Shown here piece by piece: positions 8,898-19,218 of a stretch of 64,000 nucleotides of DNA. The notes beneath the pieces were generated by a model. It worked only from the letters and a program-made list of their open reading frames with translations. It ran no database searches and was not told where the DNA came from. Positions within the stretch are counted from its first letter, which is position 1. The number at the start of each line of letters is the position of its first letter. Source of the DNA: an uncultured Parachlamydiaceae bacterium (GTDB lineage: Bacteria; Chlamydiota; Chlamydiia; Chlamydiales; Parachlamydiaceae); contig CAVVXH010000002.1 in the NCBI GenBank assembly GCA_963752155.1, positions 224,001-288,000 on the forward strand, read 5' to 3'. The position numbers were made by a program, and so were the translations under genes.

Positions 8898-9080
8898 ATT
8901 GGGTCCTTGACTTTAAGGGGTGTTATATCAGGCTGGGTCATAAAATTTGAATCAATTTTTACAAAAAAAATATGGATTAAATTAGAATTTAACACAATCG
9001 ATTAATTTTCAGCAACTAAATTTGTTGAATTACTATATTGAAAAGTTTAATGGTATTATTCTATATGAATTCTTTATCAG

Positions 9081-10505
9081 CTAAAATTGCTGGAGAAAAA
9101 CACTAAAATCTATGATGTTGGAAAAGAAATCATCTTGTTCAATGCGTTCAGAAACACCATTGACATGAATAAGTACAAATCGCGTTGAGAAACCTTTAGG
9201 AATTTTTAATCGTTTTGCTTTTTCTGAAACTTCTTTGATCACAGAATATGGGATCTCTCGTTCTGAGAATTTTAATTCGCATAAATATAAGACGCGGTGT
9301 TTTGTTTGTATAAAATAATCGATCTGACAACCTTCGCGACTTGCTGTTGCTGTTTGGATATAAGGTCCTGACCAATAGACTTCATCCTTCTCTAATCCCA
9401 AAGCTTTAAACAAGGAAGAACTATTATTACAGACGAGGTTCTCAAATTGTAATCCCATGATGGATAGCCATCCGCGAGGCAAAGTGCTCATTTTTCCTGT
9501 AAGAATTCGATCTTTGTAAGGTTCGATGAATTTTAAATAAAAACGTATATAATTGTCACAAATCCGATAATGCCCTGGCCGTTCTTCACGTTCCTTAGAA
9601 ATGTTCCATTTGCAATCTCGTTTAAGAAAGCCGGCTTCGACCAAATTATTTAGCAATTCAGCAAAGTCTCCTCCTTTCGTCAAACCGATTTTTGCAGCAA
9701 TCTCAGCCATCGTCAATCGTGTATCTGCAGCATGCATGATAATTTCTTTATAAGCTCGATTTCTATGAGAAAAGAGATCAGAAAAAATCTGGTCGAATTC
9801 ATGAAAAAGAATACCCGTTGCTTTGTAACACAGATTAAATATATTTTGTTCTGCGGATAGATCCGAACGCACTTCTTCAAGATACCGAGGCACTCCTCCG
9901 GTTACAGCTAAAATTTTGAATTTTTCATAAGAACTAATCTGTTCAGTTTTGTCGTGCCAAAATTCGTTGCAACGAAAGATTGGCAATTCAGTTAAATGGA
10001 GTTGATAAGAAATTCTCCCAACAAATCCTGTACTTGCCAATATATTTTTCTCTATCCAAGGAGAGTTAGAACCTGAAATCACTAATATTAATTGATCGTT
10101 TTTTTTAAAATAAGTATCCCAGATAGTTTTAAGTTTAGGCAAAAATGTTGGGTCTTGATCTCCCATCCAAGTGATCTCGTCGAGAACAATTAATACTCTT
10201 CCATCTACACAATGTTCAGCAAGATCAGTTAAAAGGTCCCCCCAATCATCTGAAGCTGTAACTGCTACGCCTAGACGTCTCATCTGCCGCATAAATTCAT
10301 TTCTCTGATCGAGAGCTGTAACTTTTTTTTCCGGTGGCAAACCTGTAAAGAAATAGGTGCGCGGAAATAAAAGAGCAAATTCCTCCGCAAGGCGACTTTT
10401 ACCAATTCTTCGACGGCCTCTAATAATAGCTAAACTTGCCGATCTTTTTTTAAGTAAACCTTTGAGACCATCAAGTTCTTGTTTTCTTCCAATAAACCGC
10501 GTCAT
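9081..10505 (-). CDS. P-loop ATPase (archaeal ATPase/AAA type) with C-terminal PD-(D/E)XK-like domain
   Basis: FIGRKQEL, GRRRIGKS, IVLDEI, TGGVPRYL, GLQFENL, QID...LCELKF. Confidence 0.88.
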   Translation of the reverse strand: MTRFIGRKQELDGLKGLLKKRSASLAIIRGRRRIGKSRLAEEFALLFPRTYFFTGLPPEKKVTALDQRNEFMRQMRRLGVAVTASDDWGDLLTDLAEHCVDGRVLIVLDEITWMGDQDPTFLPKLKTIWDTYFKKNDQLILVISGSNSPWIEKNILASTGFVGRISYQLHLTELPIFRCNEFWHDKTEQISSYEKFKILAVTGGVPRYLEEVRSDLSAEQNIFNLCYKATGILFHEFDQIFSDLFSHRNRAYKEIIMHAADTRLTMAEIAAKIGLTKGGDFAELLNNLVEAGFLKRDCKWNISKEREERPGHYRICDNYIRFYLKFIEPYKDRILTGKMSTLPRGWLSIMGLQFENLVCNNSSSLFKALGLEKDEVYWSGPYIQTATASREGCQIDYFIQTKHRVLYLCELKFSEREIPYSVIKEVSEKAKRLKIPKGFSTRFVLIHVNGVSERIEQDDFFSNIIDFSVFLQQF

Positions 10506-10565
10506 TTTGCAACCTAAATATATTTATGTATGTCTGTGAATGATACACAGATATTTTCATTTTAC

Positions 10566-10610
10566 CAAAAACCGCACTATCTTTGCAAATGATTAATTAG
10601 TGCGGTTTTG
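10566..10610. promoter_or_regulatory. Operator-like inverted repeat upstream of the ATPase
   Basis: aaaaccgcacta / tagtgcggtttt in the divergent promoter gap. Confidence 0.6.
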
Positions 10611-10684
10611 TGAGAACATTTATCAAGAAATAGGAAATAGTCTATGATAAGATTCAGATATAAAACTTAAGGAAATAAAGAAAT

Positions 10685-12517
10685 ATGATTAAAGTGGATG
10701 GGCTTTCCATGGGCTATCAGGGGAATAATTTGTTTGAAAATGTCTCCTTTGCCATTCAAAAGGGGGAACGTTGCGGCCTTGTGGGTCGCAATGGTTCCGG
10801 TAAAACAACTTTATTTCGACTCCTAACTGGTCAAGAAATAGCCGATGCAGGATTCATTGTTACACAAAAAGATTATTCCATTGGAATGCTCGATCAACAT
10901 ATTCGCTTTACCCGTCCAACGTTAATTGAAGAAGCTGCACTTGGACTGCGTCCAGAAGATAGGGATCATCTCTATAAGATTGAAAAAATCCTTTTTGGCC
11001 TAGGCTTTACAGAGGAAGATTTATACGCCTCACCAGATAAATTTTCTGGAGGTTACCAGTTGCGTTTGCATCTGGCTAAAGTGCTTGTTTCTGAACCAGA
11101 CTGTTTATTACTCGATGAACCTTCTAACTATCTCGATATCGTGTCGATTCGTTGGTTTACAAAATTTCTACAACAATGGAAAGGAGAGTTTATTCTCATT
11201 TCACACGATCGAGAATTTATGGATAGCGTTTCTACGCATACTATGGGCATACATCGGCAGAAAATGCGTAAAATGAAAGGAAGTTCTGTAGAATTCTTTG
11301 AAAAAATTTTACAGGAAGAAGAGATCCACGAGCGAACGTCGCAGAATCTTGAGAAAAAACGGGCACATCTTCAATCCTTCATCGATCGATTTGGAGCAAA
11401 AGCGAGTAAGGCAGTCCAGGCAGAATCACGTCGCAAAATGTTAGGACGTATTCCGGTGCTGGAACAGCTGAAAAATCTATATCATCTTGACTTTCATTTT
11501 AATGAAGCTCCATTTCCAGGAAGAAAAATGTTGGAAGTGAATAGCATTAATTTTGCCTATCCGCCGGTGAATGATCCTATCATCGTCGATAATCTTTCGC
11601 TAGAGATTGAAAAAGGAGAAAGAATTGCTATCATCGGTAAAAATGGTCGTGGTAAATCCACAATTTTAAAGTTGTTCGCTCAGGAAATGGATCCTAATTC
11701 CGGCACAGTCAAATGTTCGGAGAATCTTTCTGTAGGCTATTTTGGTCAAACCAACATCGATCGTCTTCACCCTAAAAATACCATAGAAGAAGAAATTGGA
11801 TCGGCAAACGCGAAGCTCAATAGAACTGAAATTAAAGCGATTTGTGGCCTCATGATGTTCAGTGGAGATCAGGCGTCTAAAATGACTTCTATGTTGTCTG
11901 GAGGAGAAAAAAGCAGAGTTCTTTTAGGGAAAATATTGGCTAAACCATGTAATTTACTTTTACTGGATGAACCGACTCACCATCTAGACATGGAGTCCAT
12001 TGAGGCTTTAATAGATGCCTTAGAGGAGTTTGAAGGAACCATTGTTATCGTCACTCACAGCGAACTGATTATTCGCAGATTGCCGATTAATAAGATTATT
12101 GTTTGTCATCAAGGGGAACAAGAGCTTTTTCAAGGCGACTACGATGACTTTTTAGAAAGAAAAGGATGGGAGAAAGATGGTGGGAATGCAAAAGCTTCTA
12201 AAAAAGCTGAAGAGCCTCGCGATCTTCGAAAACAACGAGCAGATGCAATTGTAGCACGTTCTAAAGCGTTAAAACCTGTGGATTCAGGGATTACTGAAAC
12301 TGAAAAGAAAATAGAAGATCTGGAAAAGGAACTTTCTAAGATTCATGCTAAGCTCATAGAGGTTTCTGAACGGGGTGACAGTGCGATAATCCAACAAATT
12401 TCTAAAGAAATAGCTATTAAACAAGCCTCTACAGATAAGCTTTATGAAAAACTTGATCGGCTGACTTCAGAAAAGGATGAGATTTTGGCTCAATACCGTA
12501 CCAATTTTGACATTTAA
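10685..12517 (+). CDS. ABC-F family ATP-binding protein
   Basis: Two ABC cassettes (GRNGSGKT, FSGG, LLLDEP; GKNGRGKS, LSGGE, LLLDEP), no TM segments, C-terminal coiled coil. Confidence 0.95.
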   Translation: MIKVDGLSMGYQGNNLFENVSFAIQKGERCGLVGRNGSGKTTLFRLLTGQEIADAGFIVTQKDYSIGMLDQHIRFTRPTLIEEAALGLRPEDRDHLYKIEKILFGLGFTEEDLYASPDKFSGGYQLRLHLAKVLVSEPDCLLLDEPSNYLDIVSIRWFTKFLQQWKGEFILISHDREFMDSVSTHTMGIHRQKMRKMKGSSVEFFEKILQEEEIHERTSQNLEKKRAHLQSFIDRFGAKASKAVQAESRRKMLGRIPVLEQLKNLYHLDFHFNEAPFPGRKMLEVNSINFAYPPVNDPIIVDNLSLEIEKGERIAIIGKNGRGKSTILKLFAQEMDPNSGTVKCSENLSVGYFGQTNIDRLHPKNTIEEEIGSANAKLNRTEIKAICGLMMFSGDQASKMTSMLSGGEKSRVLLGKILAKPCNLLLLDEPTHHLDMESIEALIDALEEFEGTIVIVTHSELIIRRLPINKIIVCHQGEQELFQGDYDDFLERKGWEKDGGNAKASKKAEEPRDLRKQRADAIVARSKALKPVDSGITETEKKIEDLEKELSKIHAKLIEVSERGDSAIIQQISKEIAIKQASTDKLYEKLDRLTSEKDEILAQYRTNFDI

Positions 12518-13094
12518 TGCTCGGAATTTGCTCATCGCATGCCTGTGCCTGAAAAAACTTCAAAGGAATGCAAAGGAAGTCATTATCTTCCAAGTGAGAG
12601 ACTTCATATCCTAAGCTGCGAATAAAATTGAGTCTTTGAGCACATTCTGGCCCTCTAAACACTTCGACAATCATCACAGGTTGATTTCGTTGAAGTGTTG
12701 CTAAAAGCAATAAAATCCCAAACGGACCCATCTTCGAAGCTTAAATTATGAGCACGACTAGCGTGAATTAGGTACATTCCATGTATACAATCCGCTCTAA
12801 AAGTGCCCACTTTCTTTCGATCTGCTACATCGTTGTAGTCTGGATGATCTTTATAATATCCACTTTCAGTCGCGCTAAGAAATTTGACTACCGAAGGTGT
12901 CTCATTCAAAATGTCAACTCGGAGCCGTATTGCCTTCTTGTCATATTCGAGGGCGTCAATTTTATTAAGAAAGATATTAATCGTTGCATCATTATCTTTA
13001 ATAATTAGTCCCATAAAAGCGGCTTGTCTTCCGCAAAGCAACATGAAAACAAAAAGAGAGCGAACACTGTCGCCAATCGGACTGAAAAAACCAT
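12429..13094 (-). pseudogene. Collapsed remnant of a secreted GLT25D/procollagen-galactosyltransferase-like gene joined to an FkbM-like methyltransferase C-terminus
   Basis: ATG 13094 gives MVFSVRLATVFALFLFSCCFAEDKP, then a frameshift to MGLIIKDNDATINIFLNKIDALEYDKK, then ATESGYYKDHPDY...GTFRADCIHGMYLI, then another frame TLQRNQPVMIVEV...LGYEV...NDFLCIP. Confidence 0.55.
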
Positions 13095-13218
13095 AACTAT
13101 ATCTTCCTTTTTTGAAAATAGGTATACCCCTAGGAAGATATTCCTGTGCTAAAATTCAAAAAATTGGAAGCTGGGTTTTCTTATAGATCTTTTCACATGT
13201 CTCGACGCTATAATAGAT

Positions 13219-13292
13219 AAATCAGACTATTCAGACGAAAAAATCCCTTGAAAAAATTGGCTGAATAGTATAGAAATCAGAATATTCAGACG
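13219..13292. promoter_or_regulatory. Operator-like direct repeats upstream of the second ATPase
   Basis: aaatcagactattcagacg and aaatcagaatattcagacg, with an inverted half-site ctgaatagt between them and TTGAAA at 13248. Confidence 0.6.
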
Positions 13293-13306
13293 GTTAAGAG
13301 GTTGGT

Positions 13307-14725
13307 ATGTTTTTTGGACGTGAATTTGAGTTAGATCAGCTAGAAAATTTTTTAAAAAAAGGAATTGCAGGAATTGCAGTTTGTTGTGGACGTCGCAGAA
13401 TCGGAAAAAGTACGCTTATACAGTTTGCAGCAAAAGGATATCCGCTTTTTGAGTTTTACGGCTTATCTCCTCGTGAAGGGATAACTAATCAAGATCAGTT
13501 AGATCATTTTTCGCGATTATTGGTGAAAAATTTTTCTATTCCAAACATCAAATTTGAAAATTGGCAAGAAGCTTTAGACATGCTTGCTATTTTGACTAAA
13601 CAAGGACAATACGTCATTTTTCTCGATGAGATTTCTTGGATGGGTGGGAAAGATAAAGACTTTCCCGGAAAATTAAAGGGAGTTTGGGATACCCAGCTTA
13701 AGAAAAATCCTGAGCTAAAACTTATCCTTTGCGGTTCTGTTTCTTCGTGGATTCAGGAAAATATTTTACAAAATAAAGGATTTGTTGGCAGGATTTCACT
13801 AACGATCGATTTAGAAGAATTACCGATTCATCAGGCAAATTATTTTTGGTCCAAATTTCCTTATATTTCTGCGTATGAAAAATTTAAAATATTATGCGTT
13901 ACAGGTGGGATTCCAAGATATTTGGAAGAAATTGATCCGAAAGTGGATGCTGAAAAAAATATTAAACAACTCGCTTTTTCTAGTGGAGGATTACTAGTCA
14001 ATGAGTTTGATAAGATTTTTTTAGATCTTTTTGGAAAAAATTCTGTTGAGTATCGATCTATTGTTCGTACATTGATCAATCAACCAAAAAGCACTGAAGA
14101 AATTGCAGATTTGTTAAAAATTGAAGCATCAGGTCATCTTAGTCATAAATTGGCTACCTTAAAAGAGTGTGGATTTCTAGTTCGTGATTATGTGTGGCAG
14201 TCAAATACGAAAGTCGAAAAATTAAGTAAGTATCGATTAAGAGATAATTATCTTCGATTTTATTTAAAATATATAGAACCTAAAAGAGAATTGATAGATA
14301 AAAATCTATATCAAGATGTAGATTTAGAAAATCTACCTGAGTGGATGAGTATGATGGGGTTACAGTTTGAAAATTTGGTATTAAATAATTTGAAGCAAAT
14401 AATAGAAAAACTTGAAATTTCTTCAGAGTCTTTACAAAGTGCTTCTCCCTATTTTCAGAATCCAACAAAAACGCATCTTGGTTGCCAGATTGATTTGTTG
14501 CTTCAGACGAAATATACGATATATGTTTGCGAAATAAAATTTGGGAGAACGATTGGTACAGAGATCATTCCTGAAATGATTCAAAAAATTGAGCGACTTA
14601 AAATTCCAAAAATGGTCTCTTTAAGACCTGTTCTCATTTATCAAGGTGAACTTTCAAAACAAGTCTTAAGGGAAAATTTTTTTAGTAATCTGATCTCGTT
14701 TGATGATTTATTAAAAAAATTGTAG
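13307..14725 (+). CDS. P-loop ATPase with C-terminal PD-(D/E)XK-like domain, paralog of 9081-10505
   Basis: FFGREFEL, GRRRIGKS, FLDEISWMG, TGGIPRYL, GLQFENL, QID...VCEIKF. Confidence 0.88.
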   Translation: MFFGREFELDQLENFLKKGIAGIAVCCGRRRIGKSTLIQFAAKGYPLFEFYGLSPREGITNQDQLDHFSRLLVKNFSIPNIKFENWQEALDMLAILTKQGQYVIFLDEISWMGGKDKDFPGKLKGVWDTQLKKNPELKLILCGSVSSWIQENILQNKGFVGRISLTIDLEELPIHQANYFWSKFPYISAYEKFKILCVTGGIPRYLEEIDPKVDAEKNIKQLAFSSGGLLVNEFDKIFLDLFGKNSVEYRSIVRTLINQPKSTEEIADLLKIEASGHLSHKLATLKECGFLVRDYVWQSNTKVEKLSKYRLRDNYLRFYLKYIEPKRELIDKNLYQDVDLENLPEWMSMMGLQFENLVLNNLKQIIEKLEISSESLQSASPYFQNPTKTHLGCQIDLLLQTKYTIYVCEIKFGRTIGTEIIPEMIQKIERLKIPKMVSLRPVLIYQGELSKQVLRENFFSNLISFDDLLKKL

Positions 14726-14809
14726 CTCATCATTCCGATAGAAGGAAAATATCCTAGAACTCAATAGATGAAAATGGCACTATTACAGAACCATTAACCC
14801 TTTCATAAC

Positions 14810-15829
14810 GTGAGGAATCTTATGAGCATTTTAAGAAGCTTTATTGTTTGTAGTTTATTAACATCAGCACAATTACTTGCAAAGACCGTGGTGATAACGG
14901 GCGGAGCAGGTTTTTTGGGATCACACCTATGCGATCGCATGATCCAACAAGGTGATAAAGTCATTTGTGTGGATATGTTGTCTTCCGGATCCATGAAAAA
15001 TATCGAACACTTAATGGAAAATCCTTCTTTTAGTCTTATCGTACAAGACGTGTGCTTCCCAATATCTATTTCTGAACCTGTGGATGAAATTTACAATCTT
15101 GCTTGTTCTGCATCCCCCGGGTTCTATCAGCGAGATCCCATACACACGTTAAAAACAAATTTTCTGGGAATGCTCAATGTGTTAGAGTTAGCCGTTGAGA
15201 AAAAGGCAAAAGTGCTCCAGTCTTCTACCAGCGAAATTTACGGAGATCCCTTGGAACATCCTCAACATGAAGATTATTGGGGCAATGTGAATCCCTATGG
15301 ATTGCGCTCTTGTTACGATGAAGGCAAACGTGTGGCAGAGTCACTTTGTTTTGCTTATCGTCACATGCATGAAGTTGACACTAAACTTGTCCGCATTTTC
15401 AACACATTTGGCCCTAGGATGGATCCAAAAGATGGTCGTGTCGTTTCAAATTTTATTATGCAAGCCCTCAATGATGAGCCTTTGACCATCTATGGCGATG
15501 GATCTCAGACAAGGTCTCTTTGTTACGTTGAGGATTTAATAGAGGGATTTTTAGTTGTCATGGCGCAACCGGCAGAATTTGGTGGACCGGTTAATTTAGG
15601 AAATCCTTCACATGAAATGACTGTCTGTAAAATTGCTGAGATCATTATTCAACTCACAGGGACAAGCTCTGCAATCTGTTTTAAACCACTCCCTGCTGAT
15701 GATCCGAAGAAAAGACAACCGGATATCACCTTAGCAACGAATCTTCTAGGATGGAAACCAAAAGTTTCTATTAAAGAGGGCTTAGAGCGTACCATCAATT
15801 ATTATTTAGGAACGAAGTCAAATGATTGA
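14810..15829 (+). CDS. UDP-glucuronate decarboxylase (UDP-xylose synthase) with signal-peptide-like N-terminus
   Basis: ITGGAGFLGSHL, IYNLACSASP, STSEIYGDP, YWGNVNP, RSCYDEGKRVAE, DGRVVSNFI, DDPKKRQPDI. Confidence 0.92.
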   Translation: MRNLMSILRSFIVCSLLTSAQLLAKTVVITGGAGFLGSHLCDRMIQQGDKVICVDMLSSGSMKNIEHLMENPSFSLIVQDVCFPISISEPVDEIYNLACSASPGFYQRDPIHTLKTNFLGMLNVLELAVEKKAKVLQSSTSEIYGDPLEHPQHEDYWGNVNPYGLRSCYDEGKRVAESLCFAYRHMHEVDTKLVRIFNTFGPRMDPKDGRVVSNFIMQALNDEPLTIYGDGSQTRSLCYVEDLIEGFLVVMAQPAEFGGPVNLGNPSHEMTVCKIAEIIIQLTGTSSAICFKPLPADDPKKRQPDITLATNLLGWKPKVSIKEGLERTINYYLGTKSND

Positions 15830-17282
15830 TTATTTTTGCAAACCTATTGCAAAACGATTTTTTTGCCTTTTCTTATTCGTAGTGGCAGAAATGCCACTGT
15901 CCACATGCGCCATCGACACCTCTTGGTTGTCGTTGGAATCAAAAAAAATAACGGTGATAGGAACTGGATATGTTGGACTTGTTTTAGGGGCTGGTTTGGC
16001 AGAATGGGGACATAAAGTTGTCTGTGTAGACATTTTAGAAGAAAAAATCCGGTTGTTACAAGAAGGAAAGATGCCATTTTATGAACCAGGTCTGGATGTG
16101 TGGGTCAACACGAATGTTGCTGCTGGACGATTGCGTTTCTCCACGGATATTGTCAACGGGATTCAAGCTTCAGATGTGATCTTTATCACTCTTCCCACTC
16201 CAACCAAACCAGACGGGACGGCAGATATTTCTGTCCTTGAAGAGGTCTCTAAAACCATTGCCAAAAATATAAATAGTCATAAAATCGTTTGTATAAAAAG
16301 TACGGTTCCTATCGGAACAACACGTAAAATTCAAATATTGGTCAATGAACAGATGAGTCAAACTGGTCATTTTTCGTGCGAGGTGATTTTTAATCCTGAA
16401 TTTTTGCGTGAAGGATCTGCTCTTGTTGATTTTACTAAAACCGATAGATTTGTCGTTGGAGGCGAGAATCCTTTGGCGATTAGAACGATTAAGGAAGTTT
16501 TTTCTCAAGCATTGATTCAGAATGTCCCCTGTATCGATACTGATTTTGAATCTGCAGAAGCGATCAAATACGCCTCAAATGCCTTCTTGGCGACAAAAAT
16601 TAGTTTTATCAACGAATTTGCTAATCTTTGCGATGTCACAGGTGCAGATATTTCTACTGTAGCTTATGGAATGGGTTTGGACCCGCGAATCGGGCCTGCT
16701 TTTTTGAATCCAGGACCTGGTTATGGGGGATCTTGTTTTCCTAAAGATACCTCATGCTTACTTAATCAAGGGGTAGAACATCAAGTGGACCTAAAAATTG
16801 TACAAGCTACGATTGAAGCCAATGATGCACAAATATCCTGTGTGGTGAAAAAGTTGAAACAGTTGATGTCTTGCGAGCTTGCAAACAAAAAAATTACAAT
16901 TTTAGGCTTAGCTTTTAAGCCTAATACAGATGACATTCGATGCTCACCGGCAATAACCATCATTGAACAATTACTGGCTGAGGGAGCTATCGTAAGTGCC
17001 TATGATCCCATGGCTATGCATAATATGCAAAAAATTTTACCGAATGTGAAGTATCAAAACACCTTACTTTCTGCTTCAGAAGAGGCAGAGGCGGTCATTA
17101 TATTGACGGATTGGGAGGAAATAATAAATCTTGATTTAATATCGCTCCGAAACATAATGAAGACGCCCGTTCTTGTAGATACTAGAAATCTCTATGATCC
17201 GCAAAAATTAGAGCAGCTTGGGTTTATATTTTGCAACATAGGCAGGCCCTTAAAAAAGAGAATGCCCCCAAAAGCATTCTAA
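15822..17282 (+). CDS. ugd: UDP-glucose 6-dehydrogenase with N-terminal hydrophobic extension
   Basis: GTGYVG, KSTVPIGT, NPEFLREG, KYASNAFLATKISFIN, GYGGSCFPKD, GLAFKPNTDD. Confidence 0.92.
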   Translation: MIDYFCKPIAKRFFCLFLFVVAEMPLSTCAIDTSWLSLESKKITVIGTGYVGLVLGAGLAEWGHKVVCVDILEEKIRLLQEGKMPFYEPGLDVWVNTNVAAGRLRFSTDIVNGIQASDVIFITLPTPTKPDGTADISVLEEVSKTIAKNINSHKIVCIKSTVPIGTTRKIQILVNEQMSQTGHFSCEVIFNPEFLREGSALVDFTKTDRFVVGGENPLAIRTIKEVFSQALIQNVPCIDTDFESAEAIKYASNAFLATKISFINEFANLCDVTGADISTVAYGMGLDPRIGPAFLNPGPGYGGSCFPKDTSCLLNQGVEHQVDLKIVQATIEANDAQISCVVKKLKQLMSCELANKKITILGLAFKPNTDDIRCSPAITIIEQLLAEGAIVSAYDPMAMHNMQKILPNVKYQNTLLSASEEAEAVIILTDWEEIINLDLISLRNIMKTPVLVDTRNLYDPQKLEQLGFIFCNIGRPLKKRMPPKAF

Positions 17283-17310
17283 AAACATCTTATTTAGGAG
17301 TATTTTTCTT

Positions 17311-18234
17311 ATGAACGTCTTCTCGCTTTTGATCACTTTGTTTTTTCTCTCGTTTAGCACACTGATTGCAAAACCGTATCCGATTACATTTGCCATACCG
17401 GAATGCAAGATCGTAGATAAGATTCCGGAGAAGGATCTTGATTTTGCACCTTTAATTCCAGGTAAATTAGACACCTATAAATACACCGAAGAAGAAGAGT
17501 ATTACCGTGATTACCGTCGTTCCTATTTTGCGATCACACAAAAAAAGGGTGGATGGGATTGCTTGCGCCACTATGAGATTTTAGCTTGTGGTTGTATCCC
17601 CTATTTTCTTGATTTAGAGAGTTGCAATGAAGATACCCTTTATTTTTTTCCAAAACAGTTAGTCAAAGAAGCAATGAATCTTAAAGGAGTTCATCGTGGA
17701 TACATCGATTTTGATATATTCGATGAGGCTAGGTATAGTGAGATCTTAGAAGAATTGTTGCAGTATACTAGGGAGCATCTCACGACGAAACAAATGGGAA
17801 AATATATATTAAGAACTGCAGGGTATTCAGGCACAGGGAAGGTATTATATCTTTCAAATAGTATTTGGCCCGATTATATGCGATGCACCATGTTAATAGG
17901 GCTTAAAGAAGCATTGGGCACAGATGTCATCGATGTCCCAAAAATTCCTCATATTTATACATCTTATCCTCAAGTTCGTCATCTTTATGGAAGAGGTTTT
18001 TCCTATACAAAAATTTTACCGGATGATCAGGTTGATCGAGAGAATATTGAAAAAAGGATAAAAAATAAGGAATTTGAGTTGATTATCTACGGTTCAGTTC
18101 ATCGAGGTCTGCCACACTATAATCTTGTATTAGAGAATTATCCTCAAGATAAGATTTTCTATATTTGTGGTGAGGATGCGCATAATTGCGAATTTTTGAC
18201 CCTCCCTAATCTATTTTTGCGTGAATTTAATTAA
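17311..18234 (+). CDS. Secreted protein, possible GT-B (exostosin/GT47-like) glycosyltransferase
   Basis: Signal-like N-terminus; GGWDCLRHYEILACGCIPYF; co-oriented with uxs and ugd. Confidence 0.5.
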   Translation: MNVFSLLITLFFLSFSTLIAKPYPITFAIPECKIVDKIPEKDLDFAPLIPGKLDTYKYTEEEEYYRDYRRSYFAITQKKGGWDCLRHYEILACGCIPYFLDLESCNEDTLYFFPKQLVKEAMNLKGVHRGYIDFDIFDEARYSEILEELLQYTREHLTTKQMGKYILRTAGYSGTGKVLYLSNSIWPDYMRCTMLIGLKEALGTDVIDVPKIPHIYTSYPQVRHLYGRGFSYTKILPDDQVDRENIEKRIKNKEFELIIYGSVHRGLPHYNLVLENYPQDKIFYICGEDAHNCEFLTLPNLFLREFN

Positions 18235-18243
18235 AGAATATCT

Positions 18244-18369
18244 GGGATTGTGAAACAATAATGGGTAAGCGTTCACGGGGTGAAGCAAAAAGCCATTGCA
18301 TATTCTGCGCAGCAGAATGGCAATCGCTTTTTTGCTTCACCTCGTGAACGCTTAGGTTACAGTCCCTTA
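18244..18369. repeat. Nested palindrome between convergent genes
   Basis: Inner taagcgttcacggggtgaagcaaaaag / cttttttgcttcacctcgtgaacgctta inside a gggattgtg / acagtccc shell. Confidence 0.88.
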
Positions 18370-19146
18370 GTTCTTTATCATCTTTTCTGAAGGCCTTAAT
18401 AATGTTACTGCACGAGCAATCCCAAAATTTTGTCCTGGGTTGGGGTTGGCAAAGAGTTTTGGGCCGCGGTCGCGGTAGAAACCACCAACTATTATTGGAA
18501 TGTTATCTTGATTTCTTTCTTGTACCCTAGTATTGGTCCAGAAACCTTCAACAAGAAAAGGGAAAATTAATTGTTTCGCTTCTTTATTATACATCGTTAT
18601 GGCCACCACGGCGTCTATTAAATGCGGGACTTGATAACCAGAGTCTTCGATCATCTTTACTTGCTTATCATTGCATTGATTTCTTGTCTCCATTTCAACA
18701 TCTTTATAGAGTAATGCCCAATGCGTTTTGGGAGCTTTATATTTTTCAATTAATTCTTTTGTGATTTTTGCTTCAGATAATGGGGAACTATAAAGTTCTT
18801 TTTTTCGTGAATTCTTACATAATAACGTACTAAAACTATTAAGATCGAGTGATACTTTTTCATTTTCAATTTTTTCTGGAATTAATGTGAGCAATGCTTT
18901 ATTTTCAGATTTATTTAGTTCACTAATCAATTTTAAAGGAATCGGAGGGCAATTTTTAATTTCTTCACCATACTTCAGCCATCTTACAGGACCAATGAAA
19001 TTTTCTTTATGCTGATTTTCCATAGAATTTTGCACCCACTTGCAAAATTGTTGACTTACAAATTGGCAGTGATAAAGAGTATCATCTGAACATCTGTTCA
19101 TAATTTCAACCCACATTTCAGGAAGAATTCTATTTTCTATTTGCAT
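18367..19146 (-). CDS. F-box-like domain protein, putative effector
   Basis: LPEMWVEIMNRCSDDTLYHCQFVSQQF at the N-terminus; AGGAG RBS. Confidence 0.7.
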   Translation of the reverse strand: MQIENRILPEMWVEIMNRCSDDTLYHCQFVSQQFCKWVQNSMENQHKENFIGPVRWLKYGEEIKNCPPIPLKLISELNKSENKALLTLIPEKIENEKVSLDLNSFSTLLCKNSRKKELYSSPLSEAKITKELIEKYKAPKTHWALLYKDVEMETRNQCNDKQVKMIEDSGYQVPHLIDAVVAITMYNKEAKQLIFPFLVEGFWTNTRVQERNQDNIPIIVGGFYRDRGPKLFANPNPGQNFGIARAVTLLRPSEKMIKN

Positions 19147-19175
19147 ATTGTCTCCTTAAGTTTGTCTGAAAGACT

Positions 19176-19204
19176 ATTATAATTTTTTTTCATTAATTTG
19201 TCAA
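19176..19204 (-). promoter_or_regulatory. Consensus sigma66/70 promoter of the F-box gene
   Basis: TTGACA, 17 nt, TATAAT on the minus strand. Confidence 0.8.
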
Positions 19205-19218
19205 TCTATAAAAATGTC

